This document shows positions 16,947 through 27,307 of a DNA stretch of 64,000 nt, piece after piece. Position 1 is the first letter of the stretch; every line of letters begins with the position of its first letter. The notes below the pieces were generated by a model, which saw only the letters and a program-made list of their open reading frames with translations, was not told the DNA's origin and searched no databases. Both the position numbers and the translations under genes were made by a program. Source of the DNA: a virus (Duplodnaviria > Caudoviricetes); IMG/VR virus record IMGVR_UViG_3300032310_000320, positions 10,432 to 74,431 of that record; one strand, written 5' to 3'.

Positions 16947-17753
16947 TTAAAAGATTCCTAACTTGCGGCCGTGCCTGCCTTTGTCGTGCGTGATGTAACC
17001 ACGCAACGCACTGTTCTCGACAACATCTGCGTTGCCGGTAACAGCTTCGGCAAGATCCACAGCACTGACACCGGGATCCAACAAAACCCTCTGAAGTTGC
17101 ATACTGTCGTCCCAGCGATCTTCTTGTCTAAAGTCGCCGGACGTATAACGAGCAATCAACTTTTCCAACAAAGCTTCGCCGTTGCCTTTAAGATTAAAAC
17201 CAAAGACACCTGTTTCCATGACAGGCCGTTTGTTCTTAAGGTAAAACGCGTCTTTACCGTTAAACCAACTATCAATGACTTGAGAAGAAACACTTGAAGT
17301 AAATACACAGTCGGCATCAATCCACAAGATGCTGGAATACTGCGTGTGCGTTTTGTGTCTCGCCAAGGCCACACGCAAAGTCACGATCTTACGAAACCAG
17401 CGCGCGGCATTGTAATTAAACCACGCGGCAGGACACTTAGGCTTATGGCTTTTACTGTTAGGGCCGTGAGGTCCCTTAGGGCACTTACACGTATTGTCAG
17501 ATTTGCCACCGAATTGAATTGGAACGATGTCACTGTTTTTGTCTAACCACTGTTTGAGGAAATCATCGGCCAATACGTTGTGGTGTTGAAACAACGGTGA
17601 CAAAGGTAATTGTTGGTAGTTAACGTGTTCCAGCCCCAACAGAAAATCAAATGCGTTCTCGTTCTGTAAATAAGACTGCACCAACGGAATACCACTCTGA
17701 TGTAGTATTCGGTCAGAGAAAGAAGTAACCCACAGCGGTTTAGGTCCAGCCAT
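16947..17753 (-). CDS. Putative GT-A glycosyltransferase
   Basis: ARWFRKIV, ILWIDAD, ETGVFGF, RWDDS, H.KG pattern. Confidence 0.65.
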   Translation of the reverse strand: MAGPKPLWVTSFSDRILHQSGIPLVQSYLQNENAFDFLLGLEHVNYQQLPLSPLFQHHNVLADDFLKQWLDKNSDIVPIQFGGKSDNTCKCPKGPHGPNSKSHKPKCPAAWFNYNAARWFRKIVTLRVALARHKTHTQYSSILWIDADCVFTSSVSSQVIDSWFNGKDAFYLKNKRPVMETGVFGFNLKGNGEALLEKLIARYTSGDFRQEDRWDDSMQLQRVLLDPGVSAVDLAEAVTGNADVVENSALRGYITHDKGRHGRKLGIF

Positions 17754-17755
17754 GA

Positions 17756-18535
17756 TTACAATCCTTTGATGTGCTCGAGATAAATAGGATGCAGCCCATT
17801 CGTGTTGCGCCAGTCTTCCTTAACGTTGAACTTGGCAACTGCATCCTTAACCTCGGCCTCTGTAATAATTGCATTACGGTAAGCATTTTTAAATTCTTCT
17901 ATCCACAAATACGCTAAGGGATGATCAGGTTTGTACCAAGGCTGTTCTGGCTCTTTGGTGTAATGCAACAATGCCGTGGTGTTGGGATTGTAAACGTTTA
18001 AATGATTCCATTCGATTGGCAAAATTCCCGGGGCAGGTTGCATCCACTTGGCGTGCATAAAATCAGCATATGCTTGTTTGGTTGGATTCTTCTTCAACCA
18101 ATCAAACATGTAACGGCGGCTCCACTCAAAATAATTCTTGGCCTTGAGACAATCAATCACCATGACAGATGATTGTGGCCATGGCTTAGGATTGAACTTG
18201 TCGGGCTGATACGTCATAGCGGCTGAGGTCCTATCCTTCATGGCCTCAATGCCCATCTGCAACAAGCCTGCAATGTCCTTAAAGACAATCTGATCAGCAT
18301 CCAGATAGATAGCGTGTCCTTGCCAATTACACGCTTCGGGAATCATCCATCTGCGCAACGAGAAACCTGTACCGACTTGAATACCTTCTGTTGCGTATTC
18401 CCATTCAGCGCCGATCATAGGTGTGAACGTGACAATCGATGCTGTGCGGCGTTGAATGGAGTGTTGAAGAACTTTGCGCGCTATTTCGGTCTTGGGCTCG
18501 GTGCCAATAAACACCTTGATATCCGGCATGCGCAT
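17756..18535 (-). CDS. GT8-like glycosyltransferase
   Basis: GFSLRRW, IYLDADQI, SSVM, EWNHL, LHYT..PWY. Confidence 0.8.
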   Translation of the reverse strand: MRMPDIKVFIGTEPKTEIARKVLQHSIQRRTASIVTFTPMIGAEWEYATEGIQVGTGFSLRRWMIPEACNWQGHAIYLDADQIVFKDIAGLLQMGIEAMKDRTSAAMTYQPDKFNPKPWPQSSVMVIDCLKAKNYFEWSRRYMFDWLKKNPTKQAYADFMHAKWMQPAPGILPIEWNHLNVYNPNTTALLHYTKEPEQPWYKPDHPLAYLWIEEFKNAYRNAIITEAEVKDAVAKFNVKEDWRNTNGLHPIYLEHIKGL

Positions 18536-18556
18536 TCTCCGTGGTTAAAGCGCATT

Positions 18557-19165
18557 TTACAATTTAACTATGCGAACGCCAGATGACTTTACGGTTTTCT
18601 CAAACTCGTCAAACTGTATATCGAACGAACTGCGACCATTGGATAAACGGTCTTTGTTGTCAAATGCCGGGTTGTAACGCGTGCCGCCGTCAACACCTAA
18701 TGTGTAAATTTCTTCTGTGTGTCCTGCGGCTACCAACAGATTGATTGCGGCTACGGCACTGAAATACCTAACTCTTATTACTGGGTAATCGGGATTAGGT
18801 TTTAAGGAACTGGTGGTACTGTTGAAGGTGTACACGTTTCCGGCGTCAGCGTAAGCCTTCCAATAAGCACTTATAGAGAACAAGGCATCGAGAGAATCTT
18901 TGCCTGACTTGGAGTTCTGGTGTGGCCTCCACGGCAATATGACTTTAATGTTCTTTGCTTTAAGTTCATCAAAACATTCTGCAAAGGCTTCACGGTCAAT
19001 AAACAGAGCAGCAGATGGTGTCGTCAGCCTGAACGCATGATTAAGCGTTAAGACGTTAACAATGTCTGTGCTAAAGTTTTTGACTTTTTCGGATGTGGGG
19101 CCTTTGCCTACAACCAGCCAACTCTTAGAAGAATCTTTAAGCAAATCAAGCGCATTAAGAAACAT
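18557..19165 (-). CDS. DUF115-like protein (second copy)
   Basis: LVVGKGPTS; LTLNHA; YTLGVDG. Confidence 0.6.
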   Translation of the reverse strand: MFLNALDLLKDSSKSWLVVGKGPTSEKVKNFSTDIVNVLTLNHAFRLTTPSAALFIDREAFAECFDELKAKNIKVILPWRPHQNSKSGKDSLDALFSISAYWKAYADAGNVYTFNSTTSSLKPNPDYPVIRVRYFSAVAAINLLVAAGHTEEIYTLGVDGGTRYNPAFDNKDRLSNGRSSFDIQFDEFEKTVKSSGVRIVKL

Positions 19166-19538
19166 TAGATTTTTTCGGTGTAATACCGCCCTCATCCGCA
19201 CGAACAATGTCTGAAGGGTCAAGACTTACCCAGTAGGTCTCAATCAATTCCACGTCCGTGATCGCCTCAAAACGGTGCTCCACATTGGCATGCACCGAAA
19301 ACCTATCTCCGCAATTCAGTGTAACCGTTTGTATCTCGTTACCAGCGGCGTCGTACACAATGACTTTCAACGTACCTTCAACGAGGTAGAAGTCATTAGC
19401 CTTGGCTTTGTGGTGGTGCCGGGAGCTGTAACCTCCCGCAAAGATTTGAGCATGGTGTACTTCAAAGTTGGCATCAGAAAAGATGCAACGATTAGTTCCC
19501 CAAGCTTTAGACAAGACGGGCACCGTAGATGCTTTCAT
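19155..19538 (-). CDS. Cupin (sugar isomerase/epimerase type)
   Basis: SSRHHHKAKANDFYLVEG and VEHRFEA cupin motifs. Confidence 0.8.
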   Translation of the reverse strand: MKASTVPVLSKAWGTNRCIFSDANFEVHHAQIFAGGYSSRHHHKAKANDFYLVEGTLKVIVYDAAGNEIQTVTLNCGDRFSVHANVEHRFEAITDVELIETYWVSLDPSDIVRADEGGITPKKSNVS

Positions 19539-20203
19539 GTCAGTTTATCCACACCTAATTGACGTACCCAACGTTGCATGATGCCGGCACGCTGTGAAAC
19601 CGATCCACAACCTGCGGCGTGCAAAATGCGAAAACCCTGCGACGTAAAAAATCCTTGCCGCGTAAACGGTGCAACATTCCATGAATAGTCTAGATCAAAT
19701 AACTTCTGGGCATATTCGTTTGATGGTTCCACAGACGCGTAAGGATAGACAGGAGGAATGCCTAATAATTGCAATATAGTGTTTTGCTCCCACCACGCAG
19801 GAACAGCAGCTTCCACAGGTCCGGTAGCCCAGACAGCTTCTAGAAACGGTAAAGCTTCTTTGCGCAGATACCATACTCCTGCGTTAATTGCATTAGTGCC
19901 GTTAACGTCGCCATGCGTAACCATGGCTTGATGCATGACGTCAGGTACAGAAATGTCTTCAAAAGGATTAATGATGATAAGATCTGCGTCGAGCCACAAC
20001 GCAACGTCGTAACCATCCCTGAAAGCTTCGATCAACCTAATGATCTTGTTCCACGCCGGAGGAAGAGTTGTTGCGTTGTCTGCGTGCGCGCGTATGTCGT
20101 ATCCATGCTTATGCGCAAACACTTGAATAGACGGTCTGGCTATGTTGTACAGTTCTTCGTAGCCCGGGAAAGCCATGACAATTGTTTTTTTAAGTGTAGA
20201 CAC
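19535..20203 (-). CDS. GT34-like (GMA12/MNN10) glycosyltransferase
   Basis: PAWNKI; LWLDAD; INAGVW; WWEQ; probable GTG start 20203. Confidence 0.8.
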   Translation of the reverse strand: MSTLKKTIVMAFPGYEELYNIARPSIQVFAHKHGYDIRAHADNATTLPPAWNKIIRLIEAFRDGYDVALWLDADLIIINPFEDISVPDVMHQAMVTHGDVNGTNAINAGVWYLRKEALPFLEAVWATGPVEAAVPAWWEQNTILQLLGIPPVYPYASVEPSNEYAQKLFDLDYSWNVAPFTRQGFFTSQGFRILHAAGCGSVSQRAGIMQRWVRQLGVDKLT

Positions 20204-20211
20204 AAAACACC

Positions 20212-23007
20212 TTATCGGGGTGAAGGTGGCGTCGCAGGGGTCGGCGGCAATTGACCAGTGTATACATTTGTCCGCGGGAGACTCAAGCCGTATTGACGTT
20301 GCAACCAAGGATTAGCCATGCCACCAAAATGAGGATACAAACCAGCACCAAGGCCGAGAGCTCCAGCACCCATCATGTACGGACTACCCGCAAGCAAACC
20401 CACACCACCAAGACCAGCTGCACCCAACATACCGTAACGTTGCCACAAAGCTAATTGCTTTGGATCAATCCCCATAGCTTCATAAATTGGATCTGTATAA
20501 CTATTTATATAATTATGCGCCTTATTAAGTACGTTACTACTGACGTCAATTCCGTATTGTTTTAAAAGTTTACCAATGCCTTCTCTACTGGGTCGTTTAG
20601 TGCCGGGTTCAAATACCTCACCAAGACCACCTTCTTGAAATGACTTACGCAATCTATCAGTTTGTTCATCTACTCCGGCAGCAGCTAATCGTCTAGCAAG
20701 CGCAGTCGCAAGCTGACCGCTTGGTTTTCTATTTTCATCAAAAATCGGAAGACCACCTTCTCGTGTAGCGTCGGCAAGTCTGTCTACTTGTCTAGTTGCA
20801 TTTTTATCTAATATATCTTGCACATATTTTTGAAGTTTAGATTCACTTAAATTACCTGTGTCCGGATCTATAAGATCGATTCCTCTTCCGTCGTTATTTA
20901 TTTTTTTAAGTACATTAGCTAGAGCCGCAGCTGCCGCAGGTTCTGTCAGTTCTCTTAATTTCGGACCAATCAATGCCTTAAAGCGCTCTTCATCTATTGT
21001 ATAGCCAGGGCTAGCTGGATAACCGCCTCTTACTTCTAAAATTTTATTTTTTTGAGCATCATTTAATTTTTTAAATACCGCTTTTTCTTCTTCTGATATT
21101 GGTTGTGTTTTATCTTTGTCCCATGCGTAATAAAATAGTTTTGTTTTCTCGTCTTTAATTTTTGGTGCATACCATTTAGTGAACAAATCTTGTGATATGC
21201 TTTCAGGAGGTCCATCTTTATGTGCTATAGTTATACTTTGCGGTTTAGTTGGTAGAAAAACCTTGCCCAGACCCGGCACCGTACGTTCTGCTATTTGCGG
21301 GATTGCTCGACTTCCCGTAGATGTCAGAACGTCCGCAGGTAATTGAATTAAATCGTCAGCTACCTGAGATCGATACTTGGGTAATTGCCCTGACAATACT
21401 GGGGTAAGATCAGTCATAGCTTCTGTAAACCCAAGACCGGCGCCGGCCGCTGTCATAGGCAAAGGACCAACAGATGTGGGTTTCGGTACATCGTAAAATC
21501 GGTTGTATCCAAATGCCTTGAACAATCCGCCACCAAATCCTAAATCGCGACCAAGTCTTGCAAATGTAGTTTTAGGCGGCAATGGTTTTCCATCTTTGTC
21601 GGTTTGTTCTCCTACAAGCTGTGCTACGCCTGTGTCTATACCCGTACCAATAGCTTGACCTCTGCCACCAAAAGCAAGACCAGTTGCAAGACCTTCAATT
21701 GTAGTTTGACCTGCGTTTTGACCTTTAGGTAATGCTTGTGTTTTTTGGACCATTCCTAACTCTGGCATGTGTTGTTCTTGCTGAGTCCACGTCTTACCAC
21801 TCCAGCGAGAGTCGAGGAACGGCGCCGACGGTCCCGCATCTGGGGGCAACATGCGTTGTTTTGTAACGCTACTATGTTCGCGTGCCGTTGGCGTTATCGC
21901 AGACGCCGCACCACCCATAGTTGCGTGTGCAAGAATTTTAGGGATATACCAAGGACTATCTTTTTCATTTTCGTAAAATCTAGCTGCATTGTTTGCGCCG
22001 CCGGCGGCACCAAGACCACCCAATACTACGGTTTTACCTGTAATACCTTTATTTTGACTCCATAGATTTTTAGCTCCTTCGACTAAACCAGAACCATAAT
22101 TTTTAATTACCTGAGAAATTGGCGTATCGGCTGCAATTTTTTTAATTCCTTGCATCAATTCTACAAAAATAGATTGGTCAAAATCATTACCTACTTTAAT
22201 CACAGCATTTGCAATTTGATCTAAGTTCATGCCATTGCTTGCACAAGTGTCTACAAACGTATTTGCAAGCAAAGCATCGTTGGCTTTTTTATGTTTAAAC
22301 CTGTCTAAAGAAGCCCACGCATCAGCACCGGTCGCATGATCTTCCTTACGTTGCGCATATGTCAGGCCATTCTGTTCGCCCATACCGCTGCGTGACGGTT
22401 TGGAATTATCTTGCTTTGATTTTTTGTAAAGCGCTGCAAATTTACTAAAAGCACTTATAGAATCTGATCCAATTTTGCCGCGTGTCATTAAATCGTTTTC
22501 GAGTTCCGCAATTGGAGCCTTATCCGGCATTGCGCGAGCACGTTCTCCATCAGAAACTAATCCCGCAAGAACAGATTGTTGTCTATCATCTGATCGTGTT
22601 CGTGCCCGCAATGGCTGCTGCCTCGGATTCATAGGAATAGGCGTAGGCCCGGGAGGTGGTGGTGGGGTCGGCCCGGGAGGCGCAGGCGGTACAACTGTGG
22701 CAGTTCCCGGTGTCGGAGGAAGTCCTGCCGGTCCGGGAACGGGAGCGCCACCCTGAGCAGACTTCAGCATAAACAAAAGAGCAGCAGTCTTTGTTGGCTG
22801 AGTCATGGTTTGTACTCCAGTAGCGGTCGCCGGTACTGCTTTAGGTGGTGCAATTTTTGCGGCTGAATTAGGGTTTTGTTTGCCCGCAGTCGCCGCAGCT
22901 GACAAATTTTGACCAAGTCCCATTCCGGGCATACCCGAAACAGGACGCCCACTGTTGCCAAAAACAAAGGGCGACGTGCGATTAAAAGATGATGCGTTGT
23001 TAAACAT
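20212..23007 (-). CDS. Large Gly/Pro-rich probable internal virion protein
   Basis: 931 aa; Pro-rich N-terminus, Gly-rich hydrophobic segments, repeated K-x-A-A motifs; function inferred from context only. Confidence 0.55.
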   Translation of the reverse strand: MFNNASSFNRTSPFVFGNSGRPVSGMPGMGLGQNLSAAATAGKQNPNSAAKIAPPKAVPATATGVQTMTQPTKTAALLFMLKSAQGGAPVPGPAGLPPTPGTATVVPPAPPGPTPPPPPGPTPIPMNPRQQPLRARTRSDDRQQSVLAGLVSDGERARAMPDKAPIAELENDLMTRGKIGSDSISAFSKFAALYKKSKQDNSKPSRSGMGEQNGLTYAQRKEDHATGADAWASLDRFKHKKANDALLANTFVDTCASNGMNLDQIANAVIKVGNDFDQSIFVELMQGIKKIAADTPISQVIKNYGSGLVEGAKNLWSQNKGITGKTVVLGGLGAAGGANNAARFYENEKDSPWYIPKILAHATMGGAASAITPTAREHSSVTKQRMLPPDAGPSAPFLDSRWSGKTWTQQEQHMPELGMVQKTQALPKGQNAGQTTIEGLATGLAFGGRGQAIGTGIDTGVAQLVGEQTDKDGKPLPPKTTFARLGRDLGFGGGLFKAFGYNRFYDVPKPTSVGPLPMTAAGAGLGFTEAMTDLTPVLSGQLPKYRSQVADDLIQLPADVLTSTGSRAIPQIAERTVPGLGKVFLPTKPQSITIAHKDGPPESISQDLFTKWYAPKIKDEKTKLFYYAWDKDKTQPISEEEKAVFKKLNDAQKNKILEVRGGYPASPGYTIDEERFKALIGPKLRELTEPAAAAALANVLKKINNDGRGIDLIDPDTGNLSESKLQKYVQDILDKNATRQVDRLADATREGGLPIFDENRKPSGQLATALARRLAAAGVDEQTDRLRKSFQEGGLGEVFEPGTKRPSREGIGKLLKQYGIDVSSNVLNKAHNYINSYTDPIYEAMGIDPKQLALWQRYGMLGAAGLGGVGLLAGSPYMMGAGALGLGAGLYPHFGGMANPWLQRQYGLSLPRTNVYTGQLPPTPATPPSPR

Positions 23008-23029
23008 AGCGCAATATAAACTCTTTTAG

Positions 23030-23833
23030 TTAGTCTTCATCGCGGCGTTTTTTGCGTCCCATCATGCGTGACACACCATATGCTCCAAGACCAAGACCAC
23101 CAATACCTAATGCACCAAGCAAGTACGGGTTTATGCCAGAAAATGGACCAGACTCAGGCGCAGGCGGTTTAATTGCGCCAGCCGTAACGCCTGAAATTAC
23201 ACCGGGAAGTACTTTTTCTACTTGTTGACCTGCGCGCTGCGCCATACCACCCATTTGCGAAAATCCCGGTCCGAACGTCCGCGCAGCCGTAGACGGCGTG
23301 GCAGCTAAACTGGAAAGTATGCGGCTGAATGCAGCACTGTTTTCCGGTGTTGCAAGTGTGTCAAGTCCCGCAGGAGCTGGTTCTGCTGGTGGCGACATCG
23401 GCAGATCTTCAGGTACACCCATCTCACCCGGACCTTTAGCATTTTTTATTTGATTTGGTGGTTGTTTACGGTTTTTACCAAACAATTTTGCTCTAGAATA
23501 TTTCTCACGCATCAATTTATTGCCTTCCTTGACAGGAACGGCAAATGACTCAAATGTGCGTTTTTTATATTCTGAATCGGCCGCACACTTGCAAAGATTA
23601 ACTGCAAGCGCACCACGCTGTTCTCCTGACAACCGAGGAAACGCTACCTTGATAGCGTGATTTAAAGTGTTGCCACTAGACAATTCAGTTTGAATCGCGC
23701 GAAATGCTGCCCGCTTAGCCATAGGCAATGCGGCTGCTACCTTGGTAAGAAATGAGTCAAGCGTAAGCAACGACGCTTGCTTTACCACAAATTGCCGCAA
23801 AAAAGCAGCAGTCTTTTCCGTAAATGTTGCCAT
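23030..23833 (-). CDS. Probable virion protein with C-terminal hydrophobic helix
   Basis: Start MATFTEKTAA after GGAG; KTAA/KQAS/KVAA/KCAA; C-terminal LLGALGIGGLGLGAYG then basic tail. Confidence 0.6.
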   Translation of the reverse strand: MATFTEKTAAFLRQFVVKQASLLTLDSFLTKVAAALPMAKRAAFRAIQTELSSGNTLNHAIKVAFPRLSGEQRGALAVNLCKCAADSEYKKRTFESFAVPVKEGNKLMREKYSRAKLFGKNRKQPPNQIKNAKGPGEMGVPEDLPMSPPAEPAPAGLDTLATPENSAAFSRILSSLAATPSTAARTFGPGFSQMGGMAQRAGQQVEKVLPGVISGVTAGAIKPPAPESGPFSGINPYLLGALGIGGLGLGAYGVSRMMGRKKRRDED

Positions 23834-23881
23834 GGAACGCTCCAAACTTATGGGAATATGCCGCCTAACGAAGCAGAACGT

Positions 23882-25447
23882 TTATTGTACGCCAGACCCT
23901 TCCTCACGCAAAATCTGCCGGAACCGTTCATTCAAAGCTTCTTTACCCCGAGCCAAACCACTGATGATTTCGTCGCCAGTACGTGTGCGTTGCCACCCTA
24001 AAATCTTACCTAACGTGCTTGGTTCTTGCGACGAGCTAATGTACTTCTGGATCAATACGTTTTTCAATTCAGCGGGCAAGCCTTCATGTGAATCAAATCT
24101 TAATCCTCGACCTTGCGCTTGATTGGATCGAGATTCGTGCCAGTGCGGGTCAAGCAACTGAATAAGATTCGTACCCTTCGTACTAATGCCTTCGGCGCCA
24201 GCAGGGCCTATCAGCAATGCGCGTAACTTACCGGCATTGTATTCGTTCAATGCTTTCTTGCGCGCCTCTACAGAAATACCCCCGTGAAAAATACCATAGG
24301 GAATTTGAGCTTTAGCTAATCCTGCGGCATATGGATTTAAACCTGCGCCTACAAAGTTTGAATAAACAATTGCTTTCTTGCGTTCGTCCTTAGATAAAAA
24401 CTCTTTAAGGCGTTTGGCCGCTTCCTGAAGTTTACCCGATTGTTCATATGCCTTGAGAGGATCTTTGTCAGCTCTAAATGGTTGCGTAGACAAAGATGAT
24501 TGTCTTAGCCCTGTCATGAACGCATTGAGCTTGTTAACTTCTTCAGCCGACAATGGAAATTCTTGATCCAACTTCCACAAAAACTTTAAAGGAATTTTTT
24601 TACGGATAGCATCTTGAATTCTTGTCTGCTCTGCGCTCAAAGGTACGTTAACAATCTCTTCGTTGACGTTGACTCCCTTAGGTGTTTTGCTTGGCTGATA
24701 ATCAATGTGCCCTGCAAGTAATTTACGCAAGTCAGCTTCGTTCTTAACAACTGTGCGTTCACCCGGCGAAATGCCTCGCAAGCTATTAAAAAATCCCGGG
24801 CTGACTTTTTCTGTGCCCATAAATCGTTCTTCAAACTGTTGCGGTGAAATGTCTTGGCCCGTCAACATGCTCAAAGGTGACGCTAGATCCGTAGGTGAAT
24901 TAACAATAGGCGACCCGGATAGCAACAACAATCGTTTGGCTTTGGCTGCGGTATCTGCAATGGCGCGAGTAGCTGCTGATTGCGGATTGCGTAGCCTGTG
25001 GGCTTCGTCAACGATTAACGTCTCAGGTTGCAGCGCAAATTGTTTACCAAGGCCTAGCCCCGTGTAAGACATAATCTCTGGTGTGCTGCCTTTTGTAAAT
25101 TTATCAACTTCTTTAGAAAAGTTTTCACGCAAACTTGCAGGTGTGACAATCCCATAATCTTCGTTGAATTTCTTCTTAGCTGTTTCAGCGCCAAGAATAG
25201 ACGCTAACGACTTTCCTGTACCAAGACCGTGATACAGCAACATGCGAGGATTGTCAGTTGTTAAACGGTTGGCAACGCGTTGTTGGTGTTCTTGTGGTTC
25301 AATTTCTGACCGCATCGCAGCTATTTTGCCTAGCTGCCGTGCTGTCATCGGGTGGCTTTGATCTTCTTCTGGTTCTTCTTCGTTGCGGTTAGGTAAGAAC
25401 CAGTTAGGGTCGTAGCTGCCCGGACGTGCTGCTTTCTTATTGAGCAC
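23882..25447 (-). CDS. SF2 (SNF2-like) DEAH helicase/ATPase
   Basis: HGLGTGKS; LIVDEAH; LLSGSP; QAQGRGLR. Confidence 0.88.
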   Translation of the reverse strand: MLNKKAARPGSYDPNWFLPNRNEEEPEEDQSHPMTARQLGKIAAMRSEIEPQEHQQRVANRLTTDNPRMLLYHGLGTGKSLASILGAETAKKKFNEDYGIVTPASLRENFSKEVDKFTKGSTPEIMSYTGLGLGKQFALQPETLIVDEAHRLRNPQSAATRAIADTAAKAKRLLLLSGSPIVNSPTDLASPLSMLTGQDISPQQFEERFMGTEKVSPGFFNSLRGISPGERTVVKNEADLRKLLAGHIDYQPSKTPKGVNVNEEIVNVPLSAEQTRIQDAIRKKIPLKFLWKLDQEFPLSAEEVNKLNAFMTGLRQSSLSTQPFRADKDPLKAYEQSGKLQEAAKRLKEFLSKDERKKAIVYSNFVGAGLNPYAAGLAKAQIPYGIFHGGISVEARKKALNEYNAGKLRALLIGPAGAEGISTKGTNLIQLLDPHWHESRSNQAQGRGLRFDSHEGLPAELKNVLIQKYISSSQEPSTLGKILGWQRTRTGDEIISGLARGKEALNERFRQILREEGSGVQ

Positions 25448-25451
25448 GGGC

Positions 25452-26093
25452 TTACCTCTGCTGCATTCGTTTGCCTATTTCCGTCATTGCCGTTGTAAAT
25501 GGTTTTTGTGTAGGGGCGTAAAGTTGTGAGCTAGGATCACGCATCATTGCTATCTGCTGATCAGGCTCCGCTGTTGCAAACGCCGTGGCTTTCAACATAT
25601 CGGTACCCGCGTTCCAATAATTTCCTTTTGCTGAGTGATCGGCAATTGTTTTGCGCAGGTGTTCTTGTACGGACGGAGCAACGATATGTCTGCGTACAAG
25701 ATCGGTTTCAGCAATACGCGCGCCTAAATTGTTTAAGGCGCCTTCATTAAAATGTCCAAGCGCTGCGCCACCAAGACCACCCGCTAACGTGCCACCAAGT
25801 GCGCCACGCAACATGCCGCCAAAACGACTGCGACCTTTTTCGGGAGTTGAGAATGCACCATAAAGACCGCCGAGTCCTGCGCCAGCAAGTGCGCCAAGAC
25901 CACCTGCACCTAACGTAACAGCGGTATCCGCCGCCATCTTTCCTAGCTCGGCTGCGGTAACATAGCTTTTCTTTTCGGTGTCTACAGTTTCAGGAAGCTT
26001 CTTAATGTCAGGCGTGTGCTCCGCCCAACGCTTAGCCATTTCTGGATGATTTGCGAACATCCATTTTTGCTGCGCTTTGGATTTAAATGGCAT
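25452..26093 (-). CDS. Probable virion protein (MPFKSKAQ N-terminal phage motif, TAAELG motif, Gly-rich hydrophobic segment)
   Basis: Start reset to ATG 26093 after AAGGAG. Confidence 0.65.
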   Translation of the reverse strand: MPFKSKAQQKWMFANHPEMAKRWAEHTPDIKKLPETVDTEKKSYVTAAELGKMAADTAVTLGAGGLGALAGAGLGGLYGAFSTPEKGRSRFGGMLRGALGGTLAGGLGGAALGHFNEGALNNLGARIAETDLVRRHIVAPSVQEHLRKTIADHSAKGNYWNAGTDMLKATAFATAEPDQQIAMMRDPSSQLYAPTQKPFTTAMTEIGKRMQQR

Positions 26094-26100
26094 GACACGC

Positions 26101-26115
26101 TCCTTATAAGTGCTT
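26101..26115 (-). promoter_or_regulatory. Candidate late-promoter motif AAGCACTTATAAGGA fused to SD
   Basis: Same 15-mer precedes 29662 and 34767. Confidence 0.55.
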
Positions 26116-26150
26116 ATGCCATTATGCCAGAATTGTCGGCGCACTCAAAA

Positions 26151-26954
26151 CTACGTGTCGAAGAACTTATCAATCTCGTCGTCAATTTCGTCTAGCTGCG
26201 CTTCAAATTCCGCATTCATGTCAAAAGTGCCTTCGGGATAGCTTGCGGCACTGAACCCAGAATCTTTAGCGTCATTCGACGGTGCGAATACTCCAGCCAC
26301 AAATTGTTTAAGGAAGTCTAAGTTTGCAGCCAACTTATCCTTAAACAACATTGCAGTTTTACCCAGCAAGTTGTACACGAAATACGCCGACGCTACAGAG
26401 ATGTTGTTCTGCGTGTGAATCTCATCAATACCTTTGTCGGCAATGATCGTGACAAGAGATTCAAGCGTGGACGTTAGGGCAAGAAGTGCCGACGCATCGT
26501 TCAAAGGTGTATCGTCGTCAGGATCCGTACGACTACAAAGGGTCTGACTCTGGACAATGGCTGTAGTCGCATCGTCGTAGCAAAAGGCAATGCTCACTGT
26601 CAAAGCATTGATGCGCTTGGTAGGATCTGTGCGCGTGGCCATGGTGTAGATAGGCCACAGCGTCAGAATGATGTCCTGCCCCGAATGATTGTCGAGCATG
26701 GTCTCTAGCTGATTGTAAACGTCTACCTTAACTTCAGCTTCGTGACACAACTGCTTCTGATCAAAGTCATGAAACTTATCAATCAGCCAAAACAGAAAAG
26801 CTGCTCGCGACGCACTGTGTTTGTGCTCTGATGCTTTAACTGTGTCTGCATCATCCCAGAACCGGTCGTACAGTACCCTCAACAGATACGGTACGCCGGG
26901 ATCCATGAACTCGCTATCGTCATCGTCATCAGAAGAGTCGTCGTATTTGCGCAC
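26151..26954 (-). CDS. Hypothetical acidic protein
   Basis: 267-aa ORF packed in operon. Confidence 0.7.
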   Translation of the reverse strand: MRKYDDSSDDDDDSEFMDPGVPYLLRVLYDRFWDDADTVKASEHKHSASRAAFLFWLIDKFHDFDQKQLCHEAEVKVDVYNQLETMLDNHSGQDIILTLWPIYTMATRTDPTKRINALTVSIAFCYDDATTAIVQSQTLCSRTDPDDDTPLNDASALLALTSTLESLVTIIADKGIDEIHTQNNISVASAYFVYNLLGKTAMLFKDKLAANLDFLKQFVAGVFAPSNDAKDSGFSAASYPEGTFDMNAEFEAQLDEIDDEIDKFFDT

Positions 26955-26962
26955 GGCTAACC

Positions 26963-27307
26963 TCAGAAAATGGCATTAACAGACGTAGCACTCACGCCGT
27001 TCTGTCCGGGCTGTGATCTTGCAACACTAATAGACACGGCTTCAGATGGTTGCATTGTACCTGAGGTCGCATCTGTCGTCGTAGTGATGCGAACGTTGTT
27101 GCTCAAGCAAAGACCAATGTTGCCAGAGCCGTCAGGGTAGAACAACTCAATGACACGATTCTGATCCATGTAATTCTTGGCAAACGCAATAAACGCATCC
27201 AGAGTCTTGTCCGTAACTGTTGTGTCCGCATCAAATGCCGTCTTGAGATGTGTCACGATGTCAGGTAAAGACGATGCGTTTACAAATGCCGGAATCGTAC
27301 TCATCAC
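26963..27307 (-). CDS. Hypothetical protein
   Basis: ORF overlapping the previous stop (ATGA). Confidence 0.65.
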   Translation of the reverse strand: MMSTIPAFVNASSLPDIVTHLKTAFDADTTVTDKTLDAFIAFAKNYMDQNRVIELFYPDGSGNIGLCLSNNVRITTTTDATSGTMQPSEAVSISVARSQPGQNGVSATSVNAIF

